Origin: Candidatus Uhrbacteria bacterium CG_4_9_14_3_um_filter_41_35
Lineage (GTDB): Bacteria; Patescibacteriota; Patescibacteriia; UBA9934
Reading direction: 5' to 3'
NCBI GenBank assembly: GCA_002791275.1
Contig: PFWT01000007.1
Span: forward strand, 26,859 to 90,858
Length of the DNA stretch: 64,000 nt
Notes under the pieces: generated by a model
Database searches by the model: none
What the model saw: the letters and a program-made list of their open reading frames with translations, nothing else
What the model was told of the DNA's origin: nothing
Made by a program: the position numbers and the translations under genes
Shown here: piece by piece, positions 20,240 to 29,326 of the stretch
Layout: each line of letters begins with the position of its first letter
How positions within the stretch are numbered: position 1 is the first letter of the stretch

Positions 20240-20494
20240 TTATGCTTGTTTAACGATTCTCCATCTCTTTCCTTTTGAAAGTGGTCGAGTTTCTTCAATA
20301 GTTACTAAATCTCCAGTCTTAGCCTCATTTTCTTCATCATGAGCCTTGTACCGTTTGCTGATAGTGTATCGTTTTAGGTACTTTGAGTGGATTACCGTTC
20401 GGTCAACTTTAACAACGACGGTTTTGTCCATCTTGTCAGAAACAACTTCACCTTTCAGTCGTCGTCTTTTACTTTGTATTGTTTTCTCTGTCAT
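20240..20494 (-). CDS. rpsQ: 30S ribosomal protein S17
   Basis: 84 aa; [18 protein letters not shown]. Confidence 0.9.
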   Translation of the reverse strand: MTEKTIQSKRRRLKGEVVSDKMDKTVVVKVDRTVIHSKYLKRYTISKRYKAHDEENEAKTGDLVTIEETRPLSKGKRWRIVKQA

Positions 20495-20504
20495 ATTGAC
20501 CGAA

Positions 20505-20723
20505 TTACTTAATTACCTCCTCTTTTGAGTCAGTCTTACCACTTGCACTTGCGATAGCAGTCTGCAACTTGGCAATAGTTTTCTTTGAATTACGAAGTGC
20601 GCGAACATTTTTAAGCTGATTGATAGAAACTTTTAACTGTAAGTCGTAGAGATTTCCACGCTCTTCAGAAAGCATCTTTGTCAGTTCGTTTACGCCTTTT
20701 GTTTCTAGTTCTTTATATTCCAT
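20505..20723 (-). CDS. rpmC: 50S ribosomal protein L29
   Basis: 72 aa helical protein in the canonical position between L16 and S17. Confidence 0.85.
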   Translation of the reverse strand: MEYKELETKGVNELTKMLSEERGNLYDLQLKVSINQLKNVRALRNSKKTIAKLQTAIASASGKTDSKEEVIK

Positions 20724-20724
20724 A

Positions 20725-21138
20725 TTACATGCGTATTACAAACTTAGTTTTCATCGGAAGTTTGTGCTGAGCAAGACGAAAAGCTTCTCGAGCCTGTTCT
20801 TCATCAACACCATCCATTTCAAACATTACAGTACCAGCCTTTACTGGAGTCATGTAATAATCAACAGATCCCTTTCCAGTTCCCATTCCGCTTTCAGCAC
20901 CATGGTTTGTGATTGGGTGATCTGGAAATAGTCGAATCCAGATTTTACCTCCTCTTTTTACGTGACGAGTCATAGCTCGTCGAGCAGCTTCGATCTGACG
21001 AGCTGTTACCCATGACTCAGTCATAGCTTTAAGTCCGTACTGACCAAACGCAACTTCAGTTTTCTGTGTCGCAAGACGGTCGCCTTTTGTTCGGCGCTTG
21101 TGCTGCTTGCGATATTTCATTTTTTTTGGCATCAACAT
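20725..21138 (-). CDS. rplP: 50S ribosomal protein L16
   Basis: [16 protein letters not shown]. Confidence 0.9.
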   Translation of the reverse strand: MLMPKKMKYRKQHKRRTKGDRLATQKTEVAFGQYGLKAMTESWVTARQIEAARRAMTRHVKRGGKIWIRLFPDHPITNHGAESGMGTGKGSVDYYMTPVKAGTVMFEMDGVDEEQAREAFRLAQHKLPMKTKFVIRM

Positions 21139-21159
21139 ATGCTCTATCTAATGTTACGT

Positions 21160-21855
21160 TTAGCGTTCTCGTCGCCGAGGTTTTTCAATCTTCTTCACAT
21201 TGCTTACTGCTTCTCCCTCAAAAACCTCTCCCTTGTAAATCCAAACTCTTACTCCGATAGCTCCCCAAATAGTTCGGGCAGTAATTCGAGCAAAGTCTAC
21301 ATCCGCTCTAAGGTTATGAAGAGGAATACTTCCTTCAGAAATAGTTTCAGTTCGAGCAATTTCTGCACCGTTTAGACGTCCACAAACAGTGATTTTTACT
21401 CCTTTAGCGCCCGCTTTAATAACTCGTTCTCGAGCCATTTTCATACTTCGTCTGAAAGGCATTCGTTTTTCAACTTCCTGTGCAATCTGTTGTCCAACAA
21501 CGCTTGCAGAAAGTGCTGGTTGAGCAATCTCCTGAATATTCAAGTTGATTGTAACTCTCCTGCCTCTGAAAAACTCTTTTTGAATTTTAGTTTTCAATTC
21601 TTCAATTCCAGCTCCAGCTCGACCAATGATAAATCCTGGTTTTGCTGAAGTAATAGTGATGCTTAGCTTATTTGAATTTCGATCGATAATAATCGAATCA
21701 ACACTAGCGTCCTTTAGAGTTGTCTTTAAATATTCACGAATTTGTACATCTTCTTTTAGAGAAGAAACATAATTCTTTCGAGATGCAAACCATTTTGAAT
21801 CCCAAGTATAAATTGTGTTCAATCGGAATAGTTTTGGGTGAATCTTTTGGCCCAT
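21160..21855 (-). CDS. rpsC: 30S ribosomal protein S3
   Basis: MGQKIHPKLFRL; KH domain. Confidence 0.9.
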   Translation of the reverse strand: MGQKIHPKLFRLNTIYTWDSKWFASRKNYVSSLKEDVQIREYLKTTLKDASVDSIIIDRNSNKLSITITSAKPGFIIGRAGAGIEELKTKIQKEFFRGRRVTINLNIQEIAQPALSASVVGQQIAQEVEKRMPFRRSMKMARERVIKAGAKGVKITVCGRLNGAEIARTETISEGSIPLHNLRADVDFARITARTIWGAIGVRVWIYKGEVFEGEAVSNVKKIEKPRRRER

Positions 21856-21858
21856 AGG

Positions 21859-22311
21859 TTAACTTTTAGTTTCTACCTTATTAGCAGTTTCTTTCTTTGC
21901 CTTTGGTGTAGTTTTTTTAGCTACAGGCTTTTTTTCTTCAACTTTTGTCTCTACTACTTTTTCAACATCTCCCTTTTTAGCTTTAGGTCCAACCGCAACT
22001 GTAATGTGACTTAGTCGCTTTCGAATTGCAGCTGCTCGACCCTGAGCTCGTGGCATGAATCTGTGGATTGTTGGTCCTTCACTAACTGACGCAACTACTA
22101 CAGTGTAGCCAGTTGTATCAAGGTTGAAGTTATTTTGTGCGTTAGCGATTGCTGAGTTTAGTACTTTTAGTACTGGTTCAGCAGCAGCTTTTCTTGAAAA
22201 CTGTAACTGCTTCTGTGCTTCAACGATGCTAAGACCTCTGATCAGATCAACCACTAGACGAGTCTTTCGTGGAGACATGTGAATATATTTTGCTGTTGCT
22301 TGTACATTCAT
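21859..22311 (-). CDS. rplV: 50S ribosomal protein L22 with Lys-rich C-terminal tail
   Basis: L22 core plus ~40-aa K/E-rich C-terminal extension. Confidence 0.9.
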   Translation of the reverse strand: MNVQATAKYIHMSPRKTRLVVDLIRGLSIVEAQKQLQFSRKAAAEPVLKVLNSAIANAQNNFNLDTTGYTVVVASVSEGPTIHRFMPRAQGRAAAIRKRLSHITVAVGPKAKKGDVEKVVETKVEEKKPVAKKTTPKAKKETANKVETKS

Positions 22312-22316
22312 ATATT

Positions 22317-22592
22317 TTATCGCTTAACGTCAGCTGTTTTACCGCTGTGACGAACAAATTTTCGTGTAGGTGCAAATTCTCCAAGCTTGTGACCAACCAT
22401 ATCTTCTACAACTGTAACGTTCACAAAGTCTTTTCCTGTGTGCACTGCGAAAGTAAATCCAATCATCTGTGGAGTAATTGAAGATGCTCTTGCCCAAGTT
22501 TTGATTACATTTTTGTCACCAACCTTAAGCTTGCTCACCTTCTTCATGAGCTTTTCGTCTACGTATGGTCCTTTTTTTAAACTTCTAGACAT
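22317..22592 (-). CDS. rpsS: 30S ribosomal protein S19
   Basis: [12 protein letters not shown]. Confidence 0.9.
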   Translation of the reverse strand: MSRSLKKGPYVDEKLMKKVSKLKVGDKNVIKTWARASSITPQMIGFTFAVHTGKDFVNVTVVEDMVGHKLGEFAPTRKFVRHSGKTADVKR

Positions 22593-22616
22593 AATTTATA
22601 GCTTTAGCTGGTAGCT

Positions 22617-23459
22617 TTACTTCTTCTTTTTATGATTTCGACGTCTGATAATTAGCTTATCTCCTGGTTGCTTTCTTCGTGTCTTTACACCAAGAGCTGG
22701 CTTACCAGTAGGTGTCTTAGGACGTTTAAGTCCGATAGGGTTGCTTCCTTCTCCTCCTCCGTGAGGGTGATCAACCGGGTTCATAACCTTTCCACGAACT
22801 GTTGGACGAATACCTCGATTTCGAGATCGACCAGCTTTTCCCCAACGGATCAATCGCCAATCTGGGTTTGAAACGTTTCCGATTGAAGCCATACAGTTCT
22901 TAAGAACCATACGTACTTCACCTGATGGAAGTTTAACAGTTGCCCATTTTCCTTCAATTGCGAGAAGTGTTGCGCTTGCTCCAGCCCCTCTAACCATCTG
23001 TCCACCCTTTCCAGGTTGAAGCTCGATGTTGTAAATATTCATTCCCTCTGGAATTTTTTCAAGTGGGAATCGACATCCTGGGTTTGGATCTCCTTTTTCT
23101 TCTGAAACAATAATTGTACTTCCAACCTCCACACCCTGAGGTGCGAGCATGTATCGTTTTTCTCCATCAGCGTAAGCAATCAGAGCTAGACGTGCTCCTC
23201 GGTTTGGATCGTATTCAATAGTTTGAACTATTGCTGGAATCTCTAGTTTATCGAACTTCCAGTCGATCAAACGAATGTGTCGTCTTGATCCACCCCCTTT
23301 GTGTCGAACACTAATTTTTCCATTCATTGCTCGACCAGCACGTTGCTTTTTGTGTGTAGTCAAACTTTTTAGCGGACGCTTTGAAGTAACGTCATCGAAA
23401 GTCTGGACGCTAGATTTTCGGCGTCCTGGTGTAGTTGGTTTATATACTCGAATTCCCAT
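22617..23459 (-). CDS. rplB: 50S ribosomal protein L2
   Basis: 280 aa with GGG..HPHGGGEG motif. Confidence 0.9.
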   Translation of the reverse strand: MGIRVYKPTTPGRRKSSVQTFDDVTSKRPLKSLTTHKKQRAGRAMNGKISVRHKGGGSRRHIRLIDWKFDKLEIPAIVQTIEYDPNRGARLALIAYADGEKRYMLAPQGVEVGSTIIVSEEKGDPNPGCRFPLEKIPEGMNIYNIELQPGKGGQMVRGAGASATLLAIEGKWATVKLPSGEVRMVLKNCMASIGNVSNPDWRLIRWGKAGRSRNRGIRPTVRGKVMNPVDHPHGGGEGSNPIGLKRPKTPTGKPALGVKTRRKQPGDKLIIRRRNHKKKK

Positions 23460-23467
23460 ATTGACTT

Positions 23468-23917
23468 TTAGATTCCTTCAAAGATATCGACTTTAGTTCC
23501 CTTTGCAAGAGAAATAAGAGCCTTTTTATAATCCTGACGCTTTCCACTCATTCGACCAAATGTAACAGCCTTTCCGCGAACATTGATCATGTTCACTCTG
23601 ATTGGTGTAACTTTGTAAAGCTCTCTGAACGCATTTCTTACTTCAATTCTGTTAGCACCAGGCGCTACTTTAAAAGTAAGAATATTAGCGTCTGACAACT
23701 GAGCAGTTTTTTCAGAGACAATTGGTGAAATGATAGTTGAAGTTGCTTTCTTTGAGATCATTCTCACAGCTTTCTTTTCAACTTTAGTTTCTGTTTTTTT
23801 TGCTACTGTTTTTTTTGTTGTTTTTTTAACGCTCTTCTGATCGTCAGCAGTCTTTTTTGTAACACTGCTTTTTGGAACGTTTTCTTTTTCTTTATTAAAT
23901 CTATCTAGCATTCCCAT
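23468..23917 (-). CDS. rplW: 50S ribosomal protein L23 with Lys-rich N-terminal extension
   Basis: C-terminal ~95 aa is canonical L23. The start was chosen at the Met just after the rplD stop. The N-terminal ~55 aa is K/T-rich. Confidence 0.8.
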   Translation of the reverse strand: MGMLDRFNKEKENVPKSSVTKKTADDQKSVKKTTKKTVAKKTETKVEKKAVRMISKKATSTIISPIVSEKTAQLSDANILTFKVAPGANRIEVRNAFRELYKVTPIRVNMINVRGKAVTFGRMSGKRQDYKKALISLAKGTKVDIFEGI

Positions 23918-23918
23918 A

Positions 23919-24548
23919 TTAAGCAGTGTAAGTTTCCTTAATAACGTCGATAGCTTCCTTTGATACGAATAGGTATTCATACTTTGCAAGGTCTCGAGCA
24001 TTTAAACTTCGCGCACTAATTGATCGGGTCTTTGGCAAGTTTGAAGCAGCACGAATTGTGTTCAAATCATTTCCAGTTGTTACAATAAGAGCTGATCGAC
24101 CATCACCAGGCAATGCCTTTCGCATTTGCGCAAGTGAAGAAGTCTTTGCTTCAACATCATATGCATCGAGTGTAACAAGTTTATCTGATAAAACTTTATC
24201 AGATAGCATCATCAAAATTGCATTTCGTCGCAATTTTTTATTTACCTTCTTGCTAAAATTTCTAGCAGCAACTGGTCCGAAAGTTACTCCTCCACCTGAC
24301 CAAATCGGTGATCGACTAGATCCGTGACGAGCTCGTCCAGTTCCTTTTTGCTTCCAAGGTTTCTTACCTCCTCCGCGTACCTCAGAACGATCTTTTGTTT
24401 GTGCGTATCTAACTCTGCTATTAGCTAGCTGAGCAGTAATTACTTCGTGAACAACATATGGTTTAACCGCAACAGCAAAAAGCTCGTCAGGAAGTGCGAT
24501 CTTTCCAGAGTTGGTTCCATCTGTCTTATATAGTGTTACTTCTGCCAT
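23919..24548 (-). CDS. rplD: 50S ribosomal protein L4
   Basis: 209 aa typical L4. Confidence 0.9.
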   Translation of the reverse strand: MAEVTLYKTDGTNSGKIALPDELFAVAVKPYVVHEVITAQLANSRVRYAQTKDRSEVRGGGKKPWKQKGTGRARHGSSRSPIWSGGGVTFGPVAARNFSKKVNKKLRRNAILMMLSDKVLSDKLVTLDAYDVEAKTSSLAQMRKALPGDGRSALIVTTGNDLNTIRAASNLPKTRSISARSLNARDLAKYEYLFVSKEAIDVIKETYTA

Positions 24549-25159
24549 ACATTTCCTTCAGTTGACATTAACTTAACAAAACTGCCTCGAGCTCCTGGAA
24601 CAGCACCTTTTACAGCAACAATGTTCCGAGCAGTATCTACGTTTACAATTTCTAGGTTCTTAACAGTAGTCTGGTCTCCTCCCATTCGACCTCCCATTTT
24701 AGTTCCCTTAAACACTCTTTGAGGACCACCTGCACCAATTGATCCAGGCATACGAAGCTGATCTTTGTGTCCGTGACTGGCAGGTCCTCCCTTAAAACCG
24801 TGTCTTTTAACAACACCTTGGAAGCCTTTTCCCTTTGAAACACCAACAACGTTGATCTTTTCTCCAGCACTGAATAAATCTACTCCGATAATCTGACCTC
24901 TTTCTAGAGTCTCGTCTTTATTAACTGCTACCTCTGCTACGAAAGCAAATGTACCCAGTCCTTTCCACTCCTCTCGTTGTGGTTTATTGACGCTCTTCTT
25001 TGAGCCAAAGCCTATAACCTTAGTGTTTACACCTTGGGCATTAACTTTTAAAGCTGCTATTACGTTTGGACCAGCTTCAATTAAAGTTACAGGAACAACC
25101 GTTCCATCTTCTTTGAAGAGCTGAGTCATCTCTATTTTTTTTCCTAATAGGACTTTCAT
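24536..25159 (-). CDS. rplC: 50S ribosomal protein L3
   Basis: MKVLLGKKIEMTQLF. Confidence 0.9.
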   Translation of the reverse strand: MKVLLGKKIEMTQLFKEDGTVVPVTLIEAGPNVIAALKVNAQGVNTKVIGFGSKKSVNKPQREEWKGLGTFAFVAEVAVNKDETLERGQIIGVDLFSAGEKINVVGVSKGKGFQGVVKRHGFKGGPASHGHKDQLRMPGSIGAGGPQRVFKGTKMGGRMGGDQTTVKNLEIVNVDTARNIVAVKGAVPGARGSFVKLMSTEGNVWQK

Positions 25160-25479
25160 ATTTTATGAAATTCGTTAGATAAACTGGTGCAAATCTTATT
25201 TTGATATGCAAAAAACCAGAAGTCACAAAACATCACAAAAATTGATGTTTAGCGGCTTCTAGCCCTAAAATCGCTTGAAGATTGTAGGTAAATTGTAATT
25301 TGTTAATAAAAACGGCTTCCTTTCATTCTCTCTCGAAGCTTCGAGAAGGTTTTCCCTCCAGCTAAACTGGACGGATCTTTCTTCTCGGTTCGATCCAAGA
25401 ACCTGTTGTTGGGTTATGACCCTGCGATTTTCGGCATAACCGAGAATCGACGGGTCACAACCCGATAGATACTCTTTTA
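25160..25479 (-). promoter_or_regulatory. 320-nt structured intergenic region between rpsJ and rplC (attenuator, internal promoter or leader)
   Basis: On the minus-strand RNA, directly after the rpsJ stop: a nested ~21-bp hairpin (GGGUUGUGACCCG...CGGGUCAUAACCC enclosing CGAUUCUCGG/CCGAAAAUCG), then GGUUC..GAACC, a perfect palindrome UCUCGAAGCUUCGAGA and a U-run. An AT-rich ~170 nt follows before the rplC ATG. Confidence 0.4.
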
Positions 25480-25815
25480 CTACATTTTGATCTCGATGTC
25501 TACCCCAGCTGGCAAGTTGAGTGTCATCATAGCGTCAACAGTGCTTTCAGTTGGACTAATAATGTCGATCAAACGCTTATGAACTCGCATTTCAAACTGG
25601 TCACGAGACTTTTTATGTACGAAAGTTGACTTGTTTACAGTGAATATTCTCTTCTCTGTTGGAAGAGGTACTGGACCAAGAACTTTTGCACCACTACGTT
25701 CAGCAGTCTTAATGATAGTTTCTGTAGCGCTATCAATAATCTTGTGATCGTATGCTCGAATTTTGATTCGAATTCTCTGATTTGTATCTTCGGTTTTTTT
25801 GGCTTCTTCTACCAT
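25480..25815 (-). CDS. rpsJ: 30S ribosomal protein S10
   Basis: [16 protein letters not shown] core. Internal Met start chosen; a short N-terminal extension is possible. Confidence 0.9.
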   Translation of the reverse strand: MVEEAKKTEDTNQRIRIKIRAYDHKIIDSATETIIKTAERSGAKVLGPVPLPTEKRIFTVNKSTFVHKKSRDQFEMRVHKRLIDIISPTESTVDAMMTLNLPAGVDIEIKM

Positions 25816-25879
25816 AAAGGACAATTTTTTAAGCAAGAAAGGAAAAGGTCTTAAGCGACCTTTTCCTTAATTGGCTTTC

Positions 25880-27058
25880 TTATTCAATAATCTTTGTTAC
25901 AACTCCAGCTCCAACTGTTCGTCCACCTTCTCGGATAGCAAATCTCATTTGCTCTTCCATAGCAACTGGTTGGATTAGTTGGATTTCAAGGTTAACTGTG
26001 TCTCCAGGCATAACCATCTCTGTTCCCTCAGGAAGAGCAGTTACATCACCGGTAACGTCAGTTGTTCGAATGTAGAACTGTGGCTTATAACCCTTAAAGA
26101 ATGGCTTGTGTCGTCCACCTTCCTCTTTTGTAAGAGAGTAAACCTCAGCCATAAACTTTGTGTGTGGCTTTACAGAACCAGGCGCAGCAAGCACCATACC
26201 TCGAAGAACGTCCTCCTTCTTAATACCTCGAAGAAGTAGTCCAGCGTTGTCTCCTGCCATACCTTTATCTAGGTTCTTGTTGAACATTTCGATTCCGGTA
26301 ACAACAGTCTTTTGTGTGTCTCGAATTCCAACGATTTCAACTTCATTGTTCAAGTTGATAATTCCTCGTTCAATTCGTCCAGTAACCACGGTTCCTCGAC
26401 CTTCAATTGAGAAAACGTCCTCGATTGGAAGTAGGAATGGCTTATCAGTATCTCGTACTGGAGTAACAATATATTCATCTAGAGCTTTTACAAGTTCTTT
26501 GATTGAATTTACAGCTGACTCCTCTCCTTCGATAGCCTTAAGAGCTGATCCTCGGATGATAGGTGTTTCGTCACCTGGGTACTCATACTGTTTCAAAAGG
26601 TCTCGGATTTCCTCTTCAACAAGGTCAACAAGTTCTGGGTCATCAACCATGTCAATTTTGTTAAGGAAAACCACAATCTGAGGCACTCCAACCTGACGTG
26701 CAAGAAGAATGTGCTCACGTGTTTGTGGCATTGGACCGTCTGCTGCTGATACAACCAAGATTGCACCATCCATCTGAGCCGCACCAGTGATCATGTTCTT
26801 AACATAATCGGCGTGACCTGGACAGTCAACATGGGCGTAGTGTCGTGTTTCTGACTCGTACTCAACGTGCGATGTTGAGATTGTAATTCCACGCTCTCGT
26901 TCTTCAGGAGCGTTGTCAATCTGACTAAATTCCTTTTTCTGTCCTGACGGAGAGAAAAGAGAAGAAAGAGCAGCAGTAAGGGTAGTCTTACCGTGGTCAA
27001 CGTGACCAATTGTTCCCACGTTAACGTGAGACTTTGAGCGATCAAACTGTTCTGCCAT
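25880..27058 (-). CDS. tuf: Elongation factor Tu
   Basis: [19 protein letters not shown] motifs; 392 aa. Confidence 0.95.
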   Translation of the reverse strand: MAEQFDRSKSHVNVGTIGHVDHGKTTLTAALSSLFSPSGQKKEFSQIDNAPEERERGITISTSHVEYESETRHYAHVDCPGHADYVKNMITGAAQMDGAILVVSAADGPMPQTREHILLARQVGVPQIVVFLNKIDMVDDPELVDLVEEEIRDLLKQYEYPGDETPIIRGSALKAIEGEESAVNSIKELVKALDEYIVTPVRDTDKPFLLPIEDVFSIEGRGTVVTGRIERGIINLNNEVEIVGIRDTQKTVVTGIEMFNKNLDKGMAGDNAGLLLRGIKKEDVLRGMVLAAPGSVKPHTKFMAEVYSLTKEEGGRHKPFFKGYKPQFYIRTTDVTGDVTALPEGTEMVMPGDTVNLEIQLIQPVAMEEQMRFAIREGGRTVGAGVVTKIIE

Positions 27059-27114
27059 ATTAGTATTAATATTAGGGTAATTCCCTTTTTTTTACTTATT
27101 AAGTAAGTGGGGAG

Positions 27115-27143
27115 AGTATAACAAAAAGCTGGAAATATTGCAA
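27115..27143 (-). promoter_or_regulatory. Candidate sigma70-type promoter for tuf
   Basis: On the minus strand: TTGCAA-17 nt-TATACT, about 55 nt upstream of the tuf ATG. Confidence 0.35.
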
Positions 27144-27175
27144 GTCTTAGCCGTGGATTACGGTCATAAATAAAA

Positions 27176-27212
27176 AAATGCTAAGTTTTTTGCTAACGTT
27201 AGCATTTTTTAT
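27176..27212 (-). terminator. Intrinsic terminator after the upstream inserted genes
   Basis: On the minus RNA: AUGCUAA-loop-UUAGCAU followed by U7; palindrome gctaacgttagc. Confidence 0.5.
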
Positions 27213-27232
27213 GTGTAAAAAATGTTTTAGTT

Positions 27233-27823
27233 CTATTCAATTGGTTCTAAATAAAATTGTTCTTCATTATCGAACTCAGCAGGTAGTATTTCTGAAGATT
27301 TTTTATTTTTTAACTCCTCAAGTACAACATCCTTCTCTGGTTCGTAAACTTTTTCTTGAATAAGCGGAGCAAATATAGCTTCAGGCAATTCAAGATCCTC
27401 ATCTTCAAAATGTTCTTCTGCCACCATTTCCCTTTTTGCTTTCATTCTTTGCTCTAATTCGTTGGTATGTTCATTGTCAGTTCTCTTTTCAGTTTGAGGC
27501 TGTTCAGTCACGAGACTGTGAGGATTTTCATTAATCTGGATTTCAGGTTCAAATTCATCAAAATTATTATTATTCATATACATCTCATCCTGAAAATCTT
27601 CTTCTGAAACCATACAGCAATTTTCCTGGTCATTTCGTCCACAACAACTTTCACCTTTTGAGCAAGTGTTATTTGATTCTCCAGAAATCAAATCGAACAT
27701 TAATTCATAGTCATCAAGACCCATGATTACCATTGGTTCTTCATCCCCCTCCCCAGCTACAATCAAACGATCACCCGTCCGTTCAGCTAAGCGAATTAAT
27801 CTTTTTAGATTCTTTTCATTCAT
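27233..27823 (-). CDS. Highly acidic hypothetical protein with Cys cluster
   Basis: 196 aa, ~30% Asp/Glu. Motif CSKGESCCGRNDQENCC. Confidence 0.55.
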   Translation of the reverse strand: MNEKNLKRLIRLAERTGDRLIVAGEGDEEPMVIMGLDDYELMFDLISGESNNTCSKGESCCGRNDQENCCMVSEEDFQDEMYMNNNNFDEFEPEIQINENPHSLVTEQPQTEKRTDNEHTNELEQRMKAKREMVAEEHFEDEDLELPEAIFAPLIQEKVYEPEKDVVLEELKNKKSSEILPAEFDNEEQFYLEPIE

Positions 27824-27898
27824 ACGCTCCTATCTTATCCTATTTTATATTGTGGTCAAGTAAAAAAAGAGCCTGCGAAATTAATCGCAGGCTAAAAC

Positions 27899-28900
27899 TC
27901 ACGTTTGGTCGTAAACAACTTCCGACACGAAGTCGGCTTGAATCTCAGGATCTGACGGACGCTTACAGAGTGCAAAAAGCACAATCTGGAGTGCAGACCT
28001 TGTGTCCTGCGCAAGGTCGTAACCGTCATTTCTGACGACTTCCATGAGTGCCGGCGGAGTCGCATACTGTTCAAGCATTGCGCTTACCATCTCGGGTTCG
28101 AGATTCTCGACCCTAACAAGCCGAAAAGCCTCCCGCAACAGCTCAGTTTGGTGGTTGTGTGCTTTTCTGGCGTAGCTAGCTGAGTCTAGACACCTCCAAG
28201 AAAAGACCTCCTCAGACCAAGTAAACAGCTGGGAAATGAAGCCCAGAATCTCCTGACGGCGCCGTTCGCCCGTCTCTTGTTCGAGACTTAGCAGACCATT
28301 TACGGTCCGCAACCGATGACCCGAGTCTTCGACCTTGAGGCGAATAAAACGTTCAACCTCTGCGGTATGACCGTCAATTTCTGCCAAGGCTCCAATCAGC
28401 GCTTTTCCGGAGAAAAACCGTAAGTCTTCCGAGGTTGGCAGTTCCCGACGCTCCAGTTCACTGTCGGACATCACCAGCTTCAGAAACTCAAGGCGTGCAA
28501 GTGTGGAATCGCGGATTGCCTCAGTGAGCGCTTCGACCGGTTTTCTAACCTGATCGAGCTCATACTGAAGATTCTGACAATTCTGCCTCTCCGCATCCAG
28601 TCGTTTCTGAATATGCTCAGTCTCTTTTTGAGCATTGTTCAGCTCCGATTCAAGCCCGTTTGCCTCTTCCGAGAAAAGGCTAACTTGACTGAAAATAACT
28701 TGTAAGAGATGAGTTAGAAACGCGAGACTGAGCAGTCCAAAGAGTGCTGAAGAGCCAAGCAACAGCATGTCGGTCGTCTCAAAAACCCGATGATAGGTAC
28801 TCATTATGAGGCCAGTCGTCGAGATGACCCACATGAACACCAGAACAGACCCCGTCAAGATTTGATTTCTTGAAATAGTTTCAATTTCCCTGTGTTCCAT
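27899..28900 (-). CDS. Hypothetical membrane-anchored coiled-coil protein (elevated GC)
   Basis: Two N-terminal TM helices, ~80-aa coiled coil (ELNNAQKETEHIQKRLDAERQNCQNLQYELDQ), C-terminal globular domain. Local GC is ~50%. Confidence 0.55.
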   Translation of the reverse strand: MEHREIETISRNQILTGSVLVFMWVISTTGLIMSTYHRVFETTDMLLLGSSALFGLLSLAFLTHLLQVIFSQVSLFSEEANGLESELNNAQKETEHIQKRLDAERQNCQNLQYELDQVRKPVEALTEAIRDSTLARLEFLKLVMSDSELERRELPTSEDLRFFSGKALIGALAEIDGHTAEVERFIRLKVEDSGHRLRTVNGLLSLEQETGERRRQEILGFISQLFTWSEEVFSWRCLDSASYARKAHNHQTELLREAFRLVRVENLEPEMVSAMLEQYATPPALMEVVRNDGYDLAQDTRSALQIVLFALCKRPSDPEIQADFVSEVVYDQT

Positions 28901-29326
28901 GATGAACCTCCATAATTAAAAGAACGAAGCAACGAGTTTTTCACAAAATCGTGTTATTGTCAATATAGCCAATAAACAAAGAACATAGCAGATTTGCTAT
29001 GTTCAATTAATAAACTGATCTATTCGTTTTAGTTCGGTCGAGTATACTAAACGTTGACGCCATTGTGATTTTGAATATTCAAGCCTAGTTCCAACGCTCA
29101 CCATACCATTTTTTCATACCACTCACGCTGATCATCTTCGATTTCAATTCTACGCTTTAATTTTTCAGGCATACTAAATTGTAACAAGCCATTTTCTTGT
29201 AACTTAAATCTGAAAACTACGTCAATTTTTTTCATTCACTTCACACAAAGTTTTAACTAGTAAAAGTGGATTTTTCACATTATTCAATTATCTGCACTAC
29301 TACAAAAATAACGATCAGGCGCACCA

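Noticed and set aside
26160-26681. 173-aa plus-strand ORF antisense to tuf (also 25979..26239, 26593..26784, 26791..27045)
   Set aside because: They lie inside or antisense to the strongly conserved EF-Tu gene. They are low-complexity Ser/Arg-rich translations typical of antisense frames.
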